Shown: one piece after another, positions 38,286 through 47,564 of the stretch
How the letters are laid out: every line of letters starts with the position of its first letter
Numbering within the stretch: the stretch's first letter is position 1
DNA from: Candidatus Lustribacter sp.
GTDB lineage: Bacteria; Vulcanimicrobiota; Vulcanimicrobiia; Vulcanimicrobiales; Vulcanimicrobiaceae
Assembly (NCBI GenBank): GCA_965277805.1
Contig: OZ255842.1
Coordinates: forward strand, 1,344,001 to 1,408,000
Length of the DNA: 64,000 nt
Direction: 5' to 3'
Translations under genes and position numbers: made by a program
The notes under the pieces: generated by a model
Told to the model about the DNA's origin: nothing
The model's database searches: none
Seen by the model: the letters and a program-made list of their open reading frames with translations, nothing else

Positions 38286-39464
38286 CTATTTTAACGGCGT
38301 GCCGCCGGGTTTGCTGATCGGCTCGAAGTCGCTCGCGGCCGCGTTGAAGCGCGCGAGTTCGAAGCCGTCTTGGCCCGATCCGCGCTCGCCGAAACGGAAG
38401 TCGTAGATCGCATTCGCGCCCGGCCAATCGTGCAAGTGTGCGAAGTAGGCGTGCAACTGCGCGGCGGTCGGATCGGCCGGCACCTTGCGCAGCGCGTCCG
38501 TGACCAGGATCGTCATGTCGTAGGCGTTCGCGTAGCCGCCGTCGGGCTTGAGCCCGTTCTGCTCGAAGAGCGTGTCGAAGTCGCGCTCGACCTTCGCGAT
38601 GCGCGGCGGCACGGCCGAACCTTTGACGGCGGCCGGTATCGTGAGGAAGTGCAGTTCTTTCGGGGCGATGCTGGCCAGCTGCTGGATCTGCGCGATCGTC
38701 ATGTTGGCGCCGTTGGTCACGAGCGGTATGTCGAGGCCGCTATCGTGGAAGCCGCGCACGACCGTCGAGAACGGGCTGCCGACCGTCCACGAGATCAGCA
38801 CTTGCGGATTCGACGCTTTGATCTGCGCCATCTGCGCGGCGACGCTTTGATCGGTCGGGTTGAAGTACTCGTGTGACACGAGGCTCAAGCCGGCGCTCTC
38901 GTGCAGTGCGAACGCGTCCATGAACGCCTTGTCGAGGGCGGCGCCGCTGGCGTCGGTGGAGTTGAGCATCGCGAAACGTTTGAACCCGCGTTCGCGGTAG
39001 TAGCGCAGAACCACGACTGCGTTGTCGAGCGCGGTTCCGGCGGTCGCGTAGACGTACCCGCCGGTGTTGATGTAGGGCGAGATGCAGAACATCACCGGCC
39101 CGTTCGCGGCGACCAGCGGGGCGACCGCGCCGCAGGTGGCGGTGACGGCCGGTCCGAGGATGACCGGTACTTTCTTTGCGATGAGGCCGTTCGCAAACTG
39201 AACCGATTGCTGCGGGCTCGATTGATCGTCGAGGAAGACGACGTGCAGCGGACGGCCGTGAATGCCGCCCGTCTTGTTGATGCGGTCTTGGACGAGCGTC
39301 ATCGTTTTCTGCGATGCCTGGCCGAAGAACGCAAACGGCCCGGTCAGCGGCAGAATCGCGTTGAGTTCGTACGGCGCCCCCGCCGTTTGAGCGGATCCAC
39401 CGGCCGCGAGCGATGCGACCAGCGCAATAGCGAACGCGAAGGCGGGAATACATCGAGCTTTCAT
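38286..39464 (-). CDS. ABC substrate-binding protein, LivK-like type
   Basis: ILPLTG, INKTGGIHGRPL..DDQSSP, DASG. Confidence 0.88.
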   Translation of the reverse strand: MKARCIPAFAFAIALVASLAAGGSAQTAGAPYELNAILPLTGPFAFFGQASQKTMTLVQDRINKTGGIHGRPLHVVFLDDQSSPQQSVQFANGLIAKKVPVILGPAVTATCGAVAPLVAANGPVMFCISPYINTGGYVYATAGTALDNAVVVLRYYRERGFKRFAMLNSTDASGAALDKAFMDAFALHESAGLSLVSHEYFNPTDQSVAAQMAQIKASNPQVLISWTVGSPFSTVVRGFHDSGLDIPLVTNGANMTIAQIQQLASIAPKELHFLTIPAAVKGSAVPPRIAKVERDFDTLFEQNGLKPDGGYANAYDMTILVTDALRKVPADPTAAQLHAYFAHLHDWPGANAIYDFRFGERGSGQDGFELARFNAAASDFEPISKPGGTPLK

Positions 39465-39472
39465 GGACGCAC

Positions 39473-39501
39473 AGCGTAGGTGACCGGTACGTCCGCGTCA
39501 A
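39473..39501 (-). promoter_or_regulatory. Sigma-70-type promoter TTGACG-N17-TACGCT, 8 nt before the ATG (leaderless)
   Basis: Near-consensus hexamers with 17-nt spacing; no SD. Confidence 0.6.
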
Positions 39502-39566
39502 TGGACATTCGGCGCGAAGCCGTGCCGGCCGGAGGAGATTTCCCCCAAAAGCGCCGAGTGGCCGGT

Positions 39567-40508
39567 ATGAATCGCCGCACGACGCTCTCTATGCTTGCCG
39601 CCGCACCCGCGCTCGGCTTCCCCGGGATCGCGCGCGCGGCCGAGCCCGTCCCGCTGCAATTGGGCACGATGGGCGCTGATGGATCCGCCGAGCCGTTCTA
39701 CGGTTCCGATCACGGCTTCTTCAAGGACGCCGGCCTCGACGTGAAGATCACGGTGATGAACAACACTGCCTCGCTCGCATCGGCCGTCGCCGGCGGTGCG
39801 CTCGAGATCGGCTACGGCAGCGTCATCCCGCTCGCCCAAGCGCATTTGCGCGGGCTCGAGTTTCGCGTCATCGCGCCGGCCTTCGAAGCCGGCGGACCGC
39901 AATTGACCAACGTCATCATGGTCGGGAAGAATTCGACTGCGAAAACCGGCGCGGATCTCAACAACACGACGGTTGCCGTGAACGGCTTGCGCGACCTCAC
40001 GCAATACGAGATGCAAGCCTGGATCGATCAGAACGGCGGCGACGTCAAGACGGTCAAGCTGATCGAGATTCCGTTCCCCGAGATGGGCGTCGCGGTCGAG
40101 AGCGGGCGCGTCTCAGCCGCGATTCTTGCCGAACCGTTCACGACGCAAGCGCTGGCGCTCGGACAGGGACGGATCATCGGCAACGCATCGCAGAGCGTCG
40201 GCCGCCATTACGTCGCGACGTGCTGGTTCGCAACGCCGGCCTGGCTGCAAGCGCATGCCGATACCGCGCGCCGCCTGCAAGCGTCGATGTTGAAAATCGC
40301 CAAATGGGCCAACGCGAACCACTCCGATACGCAGCAGATCATTCTGAAGTACACGAAGATTACACCTGAAGTCGCCGCCAAGATGGTGCGCACGACCTAC
40401 GGCGAGGCGAAGGTGACCGCGGCGGAGATTCAACCGGTGATCGATCTCGCCGTCAAGTACGGCGGCATGGATCCCGTCTCCGCATCAGACCTCATTTGGC
40501 AAGGCTAA
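39567..40508 (+). CDS. ABC substrate-binding protein, SsuA/NMT1 type, Tat signal
   Basis: MNRRTTL leader; GFFKDAGLDV, PFPEMG, AKWANANH. Confidence 0.87.
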   Translation: MNRRTTLSMLAAAPALGFPGIARAAEPVPLQLGTMGADGSAEPFYGSDHGFFKDAGLDVKITVMNNTASLASAVAGGALEIGYGSVIPLAQAHLRGLEFRVIAPAFEAGGPQLTNVIMVGKNSTAKTGADLNNTTVAVNGLRDLTQYEMQAWIDQNGGDVKTVKLIEIPFPEMGVAVESGRVSAAILAEPFTTQALALGQGRIIGNASQSVGRHYVATCWFATPAWLQAHADTARRLQASMLKIAKWANANHSDTQQIILKYTKITPEVAAKMVRTTYGEAKVTAAEIQPVIDLAVKYGGMDPVSASDLIWQG

Positions 40509-41002
40509 GCGGGCTTGGGTTTGGGCGGGCGCAGCGGCTCGTACGTCGCCTGCGCTTCGTCTTGCACGCGGCTCGGGTGCTCGCCCCGTTCCAATTGCGC
40601 GAGCAAGTCGTCGAATAGCCGCGCGCCCAGCGGCACGAGCGTCTCGAAGTAGAGCTTCGCGGGCGAACTGTCGGCCGGGATCGGCACGGCGCCGGCGATC
40701 GCGATCGGGCCGGTATCGATCCCCTCGTCGACCCAGAACCAGGTCACGCCCGTCTCTTTATCGCCCATTTTGAACGTCCAGTAGACCGCGTCGCCGCCGC
40801 GGTGGCGCGGGAGCAAGCTCGGGTGAAAGCACAGCACGCCGAGACCGGCCTCGGCGATTTCCGGCGCCTTGAGGATGCGCGTGACGTTGGCCAGCACGAT
40901 CAGCTCGTAGGGCCGCTCCTCGACGATCTCGTGGCCCCGCTTGCGGCAGACGGCAAGCGTTTCGTCGTAGATGGGGCCGGTCCCGAAAACTTTGATGCGC
41001 AT
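40505..41002 (-). CDS. Stand-alone formyltransferase/formyl-THF-binding domain protein
   Basis: FHPSLLPRHRG, ETGVT, GIDTGP; no Fmt C-terminal domain. Confidence 0.82.
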   Translation of the reverse strand: MRIKVFGTGPIYDETLAVCRKRGHEIVEERPYELIVLANVTRILKAPEIAEAGLGVLCFHPSLLPRHRGGDAVYWTFKMGDKETGVTWFWVDEGIDTGPIAIAGAVPIPADSSPAKLYFETLVPLGARLFDDLLAQLERGEHPSRVQDEAQATYEPLRPPKPKPA

Positions 41003-41026
41003 CGTGTCGCGCCGTGGCTTCCCCAT

Positions 41027-41053
41027 CGAGGCGTCGAGTCCATGGCGGGCGAA
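41027..41053 (+). promoter_or_regulatory. Candidate alternative-sigma promoter CGAGG-N17-GCGAA, 10 nt before the ATG
   Basis: Recurrent motif; no SD at normal spacing from the start. Confidence 0.5.
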
Positions 41054-41063
41054 CGGCGCGCGC

Positions 41064-42230
41064 ATGTCTACGACGATTTCTGCCTCACGCCGGACCAAGC
41101 CGCCCTTCCGCGCCGACCACGTCGGCAGCTTGCTGCGGCCGGATGCTCTCAAGGTTGCGCGCGACCGCTACCTGGGTCCGCAAACTCCGCTCTCGAACCT
41201 CGGGCCGCACGATTCGGCCGAACTGCGCACGGTGGAAGATCAGTGCGTGCGCGATCTCATTGCGATGCAAGAAGGCGTCGGGCTCCGCGCGGTGACCGAC
41301 GGCGAGCTGCGCCGGCGCAGCTGGTGGCTCGAACTGATCCTCGGCTGGGAGGGCTTCGAAGCCGATCGCACCGGCAATACCAAAATTCCGTGGCGCAATA
41401 AAGACGGCCCGACGCAGGGCTTCTCGCAGTTGAAGGTGACCGGCAAGATCCGCTGGCGTCCGAGTTCCACCGTGCGCGCGTTCGAGTTTCTCAAAGCAAA
41501 CGCGAAGGCGGTGCCCAAAGTGACGCTGCCCGCGATCAACAACGTCCACTACTACATCGGCGATCCCGCGAACATCTCGAAGAGCGTGTATCCGGATATG
41601 GCCGAAGTGTGGGACGATCTGGTGGCGGCCTATCGTCAGGAAGTCGATGCGCTCGTTGCGGCCGGTGCAACGTACATCCAGTTCGACGACACCAGCCTAC
41701 CGTTTCTGTGCGATCCCGTGCATCGCGACTACGTTCGTTCGTGGGGTGACGATCCGGACGTGCTGCTGCAGACCTACGCGGCGAAGATCAATGCGGTCCT
41801 GACCGGACGTCCGGACGGAGTGACGTTCACGCTGCACCAATGCCGCGGCAACCGCGAGGGAAATTGGGCCGCCGAAGGCGCCTACGATCCGGTCGCGGAG
41901 GTGCTGTTCAACACGATCGATGTCGACGGCTACTTCCTCGAATACGATACATCGCGCGCCGGCGGCTTCGAGCCGCTGCGCTTTCTGCCCAAAGGAAAAG
42001 TTGCGGCGCTGGGGCTGGTTTCGAGCAAGACGCCGGTACTCGAGAACGCCGACGACGTCGCGCGGCGCATCGATGAGGCATCGCGCTTCGCACCGATCGA
42101 TCAGCTCGCGCTCTGCCCGCAGTGCGGCTTCGCCAGTTCCGTCGGCGGCAATCCGGTCAGCGCCGATCAGCAGCGCGCGAAGCTGCAGCATCTGGTCGAC
42201 ATCGCGACGCGCGTTTGGGGCGGGGTCTAA
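41064..42230 (+). CDS. Cobalamin-independent methionine synthase II family Zn enzyme (YxjG/H-like)
   Basis: PPFRADHVGSLLRP, TDGELRR, LHQCRGN, FLEYD, PQCGFAS. Confidence 0.9.
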   Translation: MSTTISASRRTKPPFRADHVGSLLRPDALKVARDRYLGPQTPLSNLGPHDSAELRTVEDQCVRDLIAMQEGVGLRAVTDGELRRRSWWLELILGWEGFEADRTGNTKIPWRNKDGPTQGFSQLKVTGKIRWRPSSTVRAFEFLKANAKAVPKVTLPAINNVHYYIGDPANISKSVYPDMAEVWDDLVAAYRQEVDALVAAGATYIQFDDTSLPFLCDPVHRDYVRSWGDDPDVLLQTYAAKINAVLTGRPDGVTFTLHQCRGNREGNWAAEGAYDPVAEVLFNTIDVDGYFLEYDTSRAGGFEPLRFLPKGKVAALGLVSSKTPVLENADDVARRIDEASRFAPIDQLALCPQCGFASSVGGNPVSADQQRAKLQHLVDIATRVWGGV

Positions 42231-42233
42231 AAC

Positions 42234-43178
42234 GTGCGGATGCTGCTGCGCGCGTTGCTCGCGCTCCTCATCGCGCTGCCGGCAGCCGCGCCGCCGGCGC
42301 AAGCGGATGATGCGAACACGATCCACGTGGTTACGGTGGCGATCGATCTCTACGCCGGCGCGTACTACGCGCAGGATCAAGGCTTCTTCAAAGCGGCCGG
42401 GTTGGATGTCGACGTCACGACGCTGGCCAACGGCGGGGCCGCCGCGGCAGCGCTCGCCGGCGGCAGCACCGACATTGCCGCGACGAACTTGGTCGGTGTT
42501 GCGACGGCGGTTGCCCACGGCGTTCCGCTCACGGTGATCGCCGGCGGCGGACTCTATTCCACCAACGCGCCGTCGACCGCCGTGTGCGTGACGAAAGCAT
42601 CGCCGCTGCGCACCGCGCGCGATCTCGAGGGCAAAACCGTCGGCGTTGCCGCGCTGAACGATCAGGCGACGCTGGCGCTCAAGAAGTGGCTCGCCGCCAA
42701 CGGCGCCGACTACAAAAAGGTGCGCATGATCGAACTCGGCTATCCCGAGATGATCGCCGGTCTCGGTGCCGGGCGGATCGATGCGGCGATGCTGGCGGAG
42801 CCGTGGCAGACCACGGCCCGCAACGGCGACGAGCGTCTCTTCGCCAAACCGTTCGATTCGATCGCGCCGGAATTCAACATCGGCGTGTATGCGGCATCGA
42901 AGACGTGGGCGCAAGCGCATCCCGACCTCGTGCGCCGTTTTACCGGCGCGATCTACGCGGCCGCGAAGTGGGCCAACTCACACCATGACGAGTCCGCGCA
43001 GATCTTGGCGAAGTATGCGAAAGCCGATCCGAAGATGATCGGCGGGATGATTCGCAGCGTGCAGTCGACCGATTTGGCCGTCGCGCACGTGCAGCCGCCG
43101 CTCGACGCGGCGTTTGAGTTCGGGCAAATGGACAAGCAAATGAGCGCCGCCGACCTGATTTGGAATCCGCGCAAGTAA
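42234..43178 (+). CDS. ABC substrate-binding protein, SsuA/NMT1 type
   Basis: YYAQDQGFFKAAGLDV, DLEGKTVGV, AKWANSHH. Confidence 0.87.
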   Translation: MRMLLRALLALLIALPAAAPPAQADDANTIHVVTVAIDLYAGAYYAQDQGFFKAAGLDVDVTTLANGGAAAAALAGGSTDIAATNLVGVATAVAHGVPLTVIAGGGLYSTNAPSTAVCVTKASPLRTARDLEGKTVGVAALNDQATLALKKWLAANGADYKKVRMIELGYPEMIAGLGAGRIDAAMLAEPWQTTARNGDERLFAKPFDSIAPEFNIGVYAASKTWAQAHPDLVRRFTGAIYAAAKWANSHHDESAQILAKYAKADPKMIGGMIRSVQSTDLAVAHVQPPLDAAFEFGQMDKQMSAADLIWNPRK

Positions 43179-43236
43179 GCCGATCCGGCGACTGCCCAAG
43201 GAACTAAGCGCACACAGAAGCTAGTAACCCGGCAAC

Positions 43237-46200
43237 GTGGCGCGTTGTATCGCCTTCCTTTTGCTGGCCCTGCTTATGGGTGTGGGCGTCCCGGCATTTG
43301 CAGCTTCCCCGTGGCAGAATCTCGCTGACCCCGTTTTTATTCGCACGGACTCGCGCGAATTGCCCGAAGCGGCGGTCATGGCCTTGGCCCAGGACGGCGC
43401 GGGTTTTCTGTGGGTCGGCACGCAGGGCGGTTTAGCGCGCTTCGACGGCTACCACTTCCGCGGTTTTCTGCCGAACGCGAGCGACCCGAAGGCGCTTCCC
43501 GACGGTTACGTGCGCATGCTGCTCCCAACGGCCGACGGCGGCTTGTGGATCGGCTCGTCCTCGAACGGGCTCGTCCGCTTCGATGCCGCTAGCGAGACGT
43601 TCCGCACGTGGCGGCCCAGCCGGACGGGCGGCAAGGGACCGCGCAGCGCTTCGGTCGACGCGCTCGCCGATGTGGGGGGGAGCCTCTGGGTGGGCGGGGA
43701 CCGCGGGCTCGATCGCTTCAATCCGCGCTCCGGCGTCTTCGCTCCGGTCGAATTGGCCGCGCGCGGCGCGCAGCCGGTCGTGTGGACCTTGTTCGCCGAC
43801 CGCTCGGGCACGCTCTGGGCCGGCACCCAAGCCGGTTTGTATTACCGCCGCGCCGGCGCTGCGAGCTTCCGCCCCTTTCCGCTTTCCGCCGCCTCACCGG
43901 CGCCGCCGGTGTACAGCCTCGTCGAAGATCACCTCGGCCGGTTGTGGGCGGGCTCGGTCAATGCGGCCTACGTCCTCGATCCGGCGCGGAGCCGCGCTCG
44001 CGCGCTGACGTCGGTGCCGGGCGACGCCGCAACGCTGGCGCACGGCCAGCAGTGGTCGGTCGCCGAGGTGACGCCGGGCGTCGTCTGGGTCGGCACCGAC
44101 GACGCGATCTCGATCGTCGATGCTGCCTATCACGTGCACCGCGTGGCGACCGATCCGAAGAATCCGGGCGGTTTGCCCAACGGCCGCGTGTTGCAGCTGA
44201 TGCGCGAACGATCGGGCCTCGTGCTGATCGCCGACCACATCGGCGGTTTGCTGATGTACAATCCCGCCCCCACCGGCCTCTACCAACTCTCGGGCAGCAA
44301 TCCCGCGATCGGGCTCGGCGATGAGGGCGCGCCGGCGCTCCAAGCGCAAGCCGGTCCGGGATTGTGGGTTGGGGGATTCGACGGACGACTTGCCGCTTTC
44401 ACGCCGCCGGCGCTGCACTCGACGGTGCTTCACGTGCCGAACAACGCGGCGGTGCAAGAGTTGCTCGCGGGCAGCGACGGCCGTCTCTGGATCGGAACGA
44501 CCGGCGGACTCTGCCGTTTGCGTCCGGGCGAAACGGATCCGGGCTGTCCCGACCGGCCGAGCCAACTCGCCGGCGCGAGCATCTACGCGCTGCTCGAGGA
44601 TCGCGGCAAGTTATGGATCGGCGGCAGCACGGGCTTGTGGGTCGAGGACCTTGCGACGAGCGAGCTGACGCCGGTGCCCGCGCCCAACGCGCCGGCGCTT
44701 TCCAACAACCAGGTGCGCGCGCTGTTTCTCGATCGCCGGCGCCGGTTGTGGATCGGCACGGAGAACGGGCTCGATCGCATCGATCCGAACGGAAAGCTCG
44801 TGCGCTTCGCGTTCACGCCGGGCGGGCCGAACTCGATCGGTCCCGGCGGCATGACCACGATCATCGAAGACCGGCGCGGGCGCATTTGGGCCGGCGCGGC
44901 CGGCGGTCCCCTCAACGTATTGGAAGATAACGGCAGCGGCGGCATGCGGGTGCGCCACATCGGCGTGGCGGACGGCATGCCGCACGAAAACGTCGACGCC
45001 CTCGCGGAAGACGTGCACGGGCGGGTCTGGGCGAGCACCGACCGCGGGCTGGCCGAGATCGATCCCGATACGTTGCGCGCGCGCGGCTATGGCTATGCCG
45101 ACGGCCTTTCGGCCGGCGCGTTTTGGGCCGGCACGGTGAGCCGGTCGGCCGACGGCACGGTGTTCTTCGGCGGTTTGGAAGGCATCACGATCGTGGCCCC
45201 GGATGCCGCATCGGTTTGGAATTATGCGCCGCCGCTGGTCGTGACCGCGCTGCAGTTGGGCCACCGCAGCGTGCCGGCGTGGCGCGTCAACCGCGGCGAC
45301 GGTTCAGTCGACGTTCCGGCCGAGGCGCGCGACATCAACGTCGAGTTCTCGTCGCTCGATTATTCGGCTCCGCAGACGCTGAAGTACCAATACCGGCTCG
45401 ACGGATACGATCGCGACTGGATCGAGACCGACGCGCAGCATCGCGTCGCGACGTACACGCATCTCTCGCCCGGTAATTACACGCTCGAAGTGCGCGGCAC
45501 GAATCGCTTGGGCAGTTGGAGCCACGACGTGTTCCGCCTCGGCGTGCGTGCGTTACCGGCGTGGTGGGAGACGTGGTGGTTCCGCGTGCTCGTGGCCGCG
45601 CTGCTGATCCTGGCGGCGTACGTGACGCATCTCGTGCGCACGGGCGTGCTGCGCCGTCGCCAGCGCGAGCTCGAAGCGATCGTCGACAAACGCACGCGCG
45701 AACTCTCCGAAGCCAACGTCAAGCTGCAAGAGCTCAGCCTCAGCGATCCGCTGACCGGGCTGCGCAATCGCCGCTTCCTCACGCAGCATCTCGAAGGCGA
45801 CATCGCGATGACGCTGCGCCGGTACGAGGATTGGAATTCGAATGCGGGGGGCGAGCCGCCGGAGTCCGCCGACGTGCTGTTCTTTCTAGTCGACCTCGAC
45901 CATTTCAAGGTCGTCAACGACCGCTACGGTCACCACGCCGGCGATCTGCTGCTGATGCAGATGCGCGAGCGTTTGCAGGAGGTGTTCCGCGAATCGGACT
46001 TCGTCGTGCGCTGGGGCGGCGATGAGTTCCTTACCGTGACGCGGGAAGGCCGGCGCACCGAAGCCGGCCCGATCGCGGAGCGCATTCGCGAAGCGGTGGC
46101 GAGCCGTCCGTTTTCGATCGGCAGCGAGCAGACGCTCGCGGCGAGCGTCTCGGTCGGCTTCGCAGCGTTTCCGTTTCTGCCGGCGGCGCCGGCGGCGGTC

Positions 46201-46407
46201 ACGTGGCTGCAGGTCGTAGGCTTGGCCGATCACGCGCTCTATATGGCCAAGCAGGCCGGCCGCAATACCTGGTTCGGTCTCGCGTCCAACGCGAAGACCC
46301 AGGCCGCGATTCGGGCCAATCCGCAAATCAGCGTCGATCAGCTGGTCGCGATGGAGGCGCTCGACGTGCTGACCCGGGTCCCGGAAAAGGAAACGCGTTC
46401 CCGGTAG
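43237..46407 (+). CDS. Beta-propeller (two-component regulator propeller) + Y_Y_Y + TM + GGDEF diguanylate cyclase
   Basis: Repeated D..G.LW(I/V)G(T); YQYRLDGYD..YTHLSPGNY; PAWWETWWF; DPLTGL.NRR, DLDHFK, RWGGDEF with RESD I-site. Confidence 0.92.
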   Translation: MARCIAFLLLALLMGVGVPAFAASPWQNLADPVFIRTDSRELPEAAVMALAQDGAGFLWVGTQGGLARFDGYHFRGFLPNASDPKALPDGYVRMLLPTADGGLWIGSSSNGLVRFDAASETFRTWRPSRTGGKGPRSASVDALADVGGSLWVGGDRGLDRFNPRSGVFAPVELAARGAQPVVWTLFADRSGTLWAGTQAGLYYRRAGAASFRPFPLSAASPAPPVYSLVEDHLGRLWAGSVNAAYVLDPARSRARALTSVPGDAATLAHGQQWSVAEVTPGVVWVGTDDAISIVDAAYHVHRVATDPKNPGGLPNGRVLQLMRERSGLVLIADHIGGLLMYNPAPTGLYQLSGSNPAIGLGDEGAPALQAQAGPGLWVGGFDGRLAAFTPPALHSTVLHVPNNAAVQELLAGSDGRLWIGTTGGLCRLRPGETDPGCPDRPSQLAGASIYALLEDRGKLWIGGSTGLWVEDLATSELTPVPAPNAPALSNNQVRALFLDRRRRLWIGTENGLDRIDPNGKLVRFAFTPGGPNSIGPGGMTTIIEDRRGRIWAGAAGGPLNVLEDNGSGGMRVRHIGVADGMPHENVDALAEDVHGRVWASTDRGLAEIDPDTLRARGYGYADGLSAGAFWAGTVSRSADGTVFFGGLEGITIVAPDAASVWNYAPPLVVTALQLGHRSVPAWRVNRGDGSVDVPAEARDINVEFSSLDYSAPQTLKYQYRLDGYDRDWIETDAQHRVATYTHLSPGNYTLEVRGTNRLGSWSHDVFRLGVRALPAWWETWWFRVLVAALLILAAYVTHLVRTGVLRRRQRELEAIVDKRTRELSEANVKLQELSLSDPLTGLRNRRFLTQHLEGDIAMTLRRYEDWNSNAGGEPPESADVLFFLVDLDHFKVVNDRYGHHAGDLLLMQMRERLQEVFRESDFVVRWGGDEFLTVTREGRRTEAGPIAERIREAVASRPFSIGSEQTLAASVSVGFAAFPFLPAAPAAVTWLQVVGLADHALYMAKQAGRNTWFGLASNAKTQAAIRANPQISVDQLVAMEALDVLTRVPEKETRSR

Positions 46408-46424
46408 CGATTCTCAGCGGTAGT

Positions 46425-47564
46425 ATGGATTTCTCGACGATGGTCCTGACCATGTACATCGCGTCCGAGGACGGGCCGCAAACCGACGAGCGGGTGCTCG
46501 GCATCGCGATCGAACAATCGCTGATCGCGGCCGAACTGGGATACAACCCGTGGTTCACCGAGCATCACTTCCGGGGCCCCTGGCACAGCAACCCGATGCA
46601 GTTCGCGTCGTACATCGCGCCGCAGATTCCGAAGGATACGTATCTCGGCTTCGGCGTGCTCTCGGCGCCCTATTACAATCCGGTGCGTTTGGTCGAGAGC
46701 ATGAACTTGCTCGACCAGCTCACCAAGGGGCACACGCTCTACGGTCTGGGCAGCGGTTTCGCCGGAACGGAACCCTTAGGGCTCGGCGTCGAGAAAGAAT
46801 ACCACGGCTCCGGGCAAGCGGCGCGCGATACGGTCGACGTGATGGAACGGCTGTGGCAGTTCCAAACCGGCGATCCGGAATATCACTTCGACCTTCCGAC
46901 GCATGAGGGCACGATTCGCCGGCGCGTGGTGCCGGCTGCGTACCGGAAACGTCATCCCACGATGATTCGCACGGCGCGGCTCGATGCGGCGCTCGCCAAC
47001 GCAGCCCAAAAGGGCTGGCCGGTTTTTCTCGGCACGACGTTCGGCGGCGAGTCGCCGCTACTCGAACAGGTGCGCATTTACCGTAAGGCGTTGGCCGAGG
47101 CCGGCCATCCGCAAGAAATCGTCGAGGAATGCCTGCGCTGGTGCACGTGCGACTGGCTGAGCGTCGTCGTCGCGGACACCGATGAAGAAGCGGAAGCGAA
47201 TGCCGAAAAGGCGCGCGCCGAAGCGTTGACCGTCCGGCAGCGGTTCGTCGAACGTTTCGGACCGATGGAAGGCCCGGTTGCGCAGCGCAAGGCCGGCGAG
47301 TCGACGGCCGAAGCCTATGCCAAGGGCGGCGACATGATGCGCACGATCGCGGGCAATCCGGATACCGTCGCCAAGCGCGTGCAGCGCCTGGCCGATCTCG
47401 GTATCAATCACTTGCTCGTGCGATTCCTCGGCGAGTGGACCGGCGAGACGCGCGGCATCTCCGAGAATTCGATGCGCTTGTTCGCGCGCGAAGTGCTGCC
47501 GCGTTTCAAAGACATTCCGCCGCTGCGCGATCCGCTTGCGCTCGACTTGAGCGCGGTTTCCTAA
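46425..47564 (+). CDS. LLM-class (luciferase-like) flavin-dependent oxidoreductase
   Basis: AAELGY..WFTEHHF, NPVRLVE..LLDQLTKG, IAGNPDTV, MRLFAREVLP. Confidence 0.88.
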   Translation: MDFSTMVLTMYIASEDGPQTDERVLGIAIEQSLIAAELGYNPWFTEHHFRGPWHSNPMQFASYIAPQIPKDTYLGFGVLSAPYYNPVRLVESMNLLDQLTKGHTLYGLGSGFAGTEPLGLGVEKEYHGSGQAARDTVDVMERLWQFQTGDPEYHFDLPTHEGTIRRRVVPAAYRKRHPTMIRTARLDAALANAAQKGWPVFLGTTFGGESPLLEQVRIYRKALAEAGHPQEIVEECLRWCTCDWLSVVVADTDEEAEANAEKARAEALTVRQRFVERFGPMEGPVAQRKAGESTAEAYAKGGDMMRTIAGNPDTVAKRVQRLADLGINHLLVRFLGEWTGETRGISENSMRLFAREVLPRFKDIPPLRDPLALDLSAVS

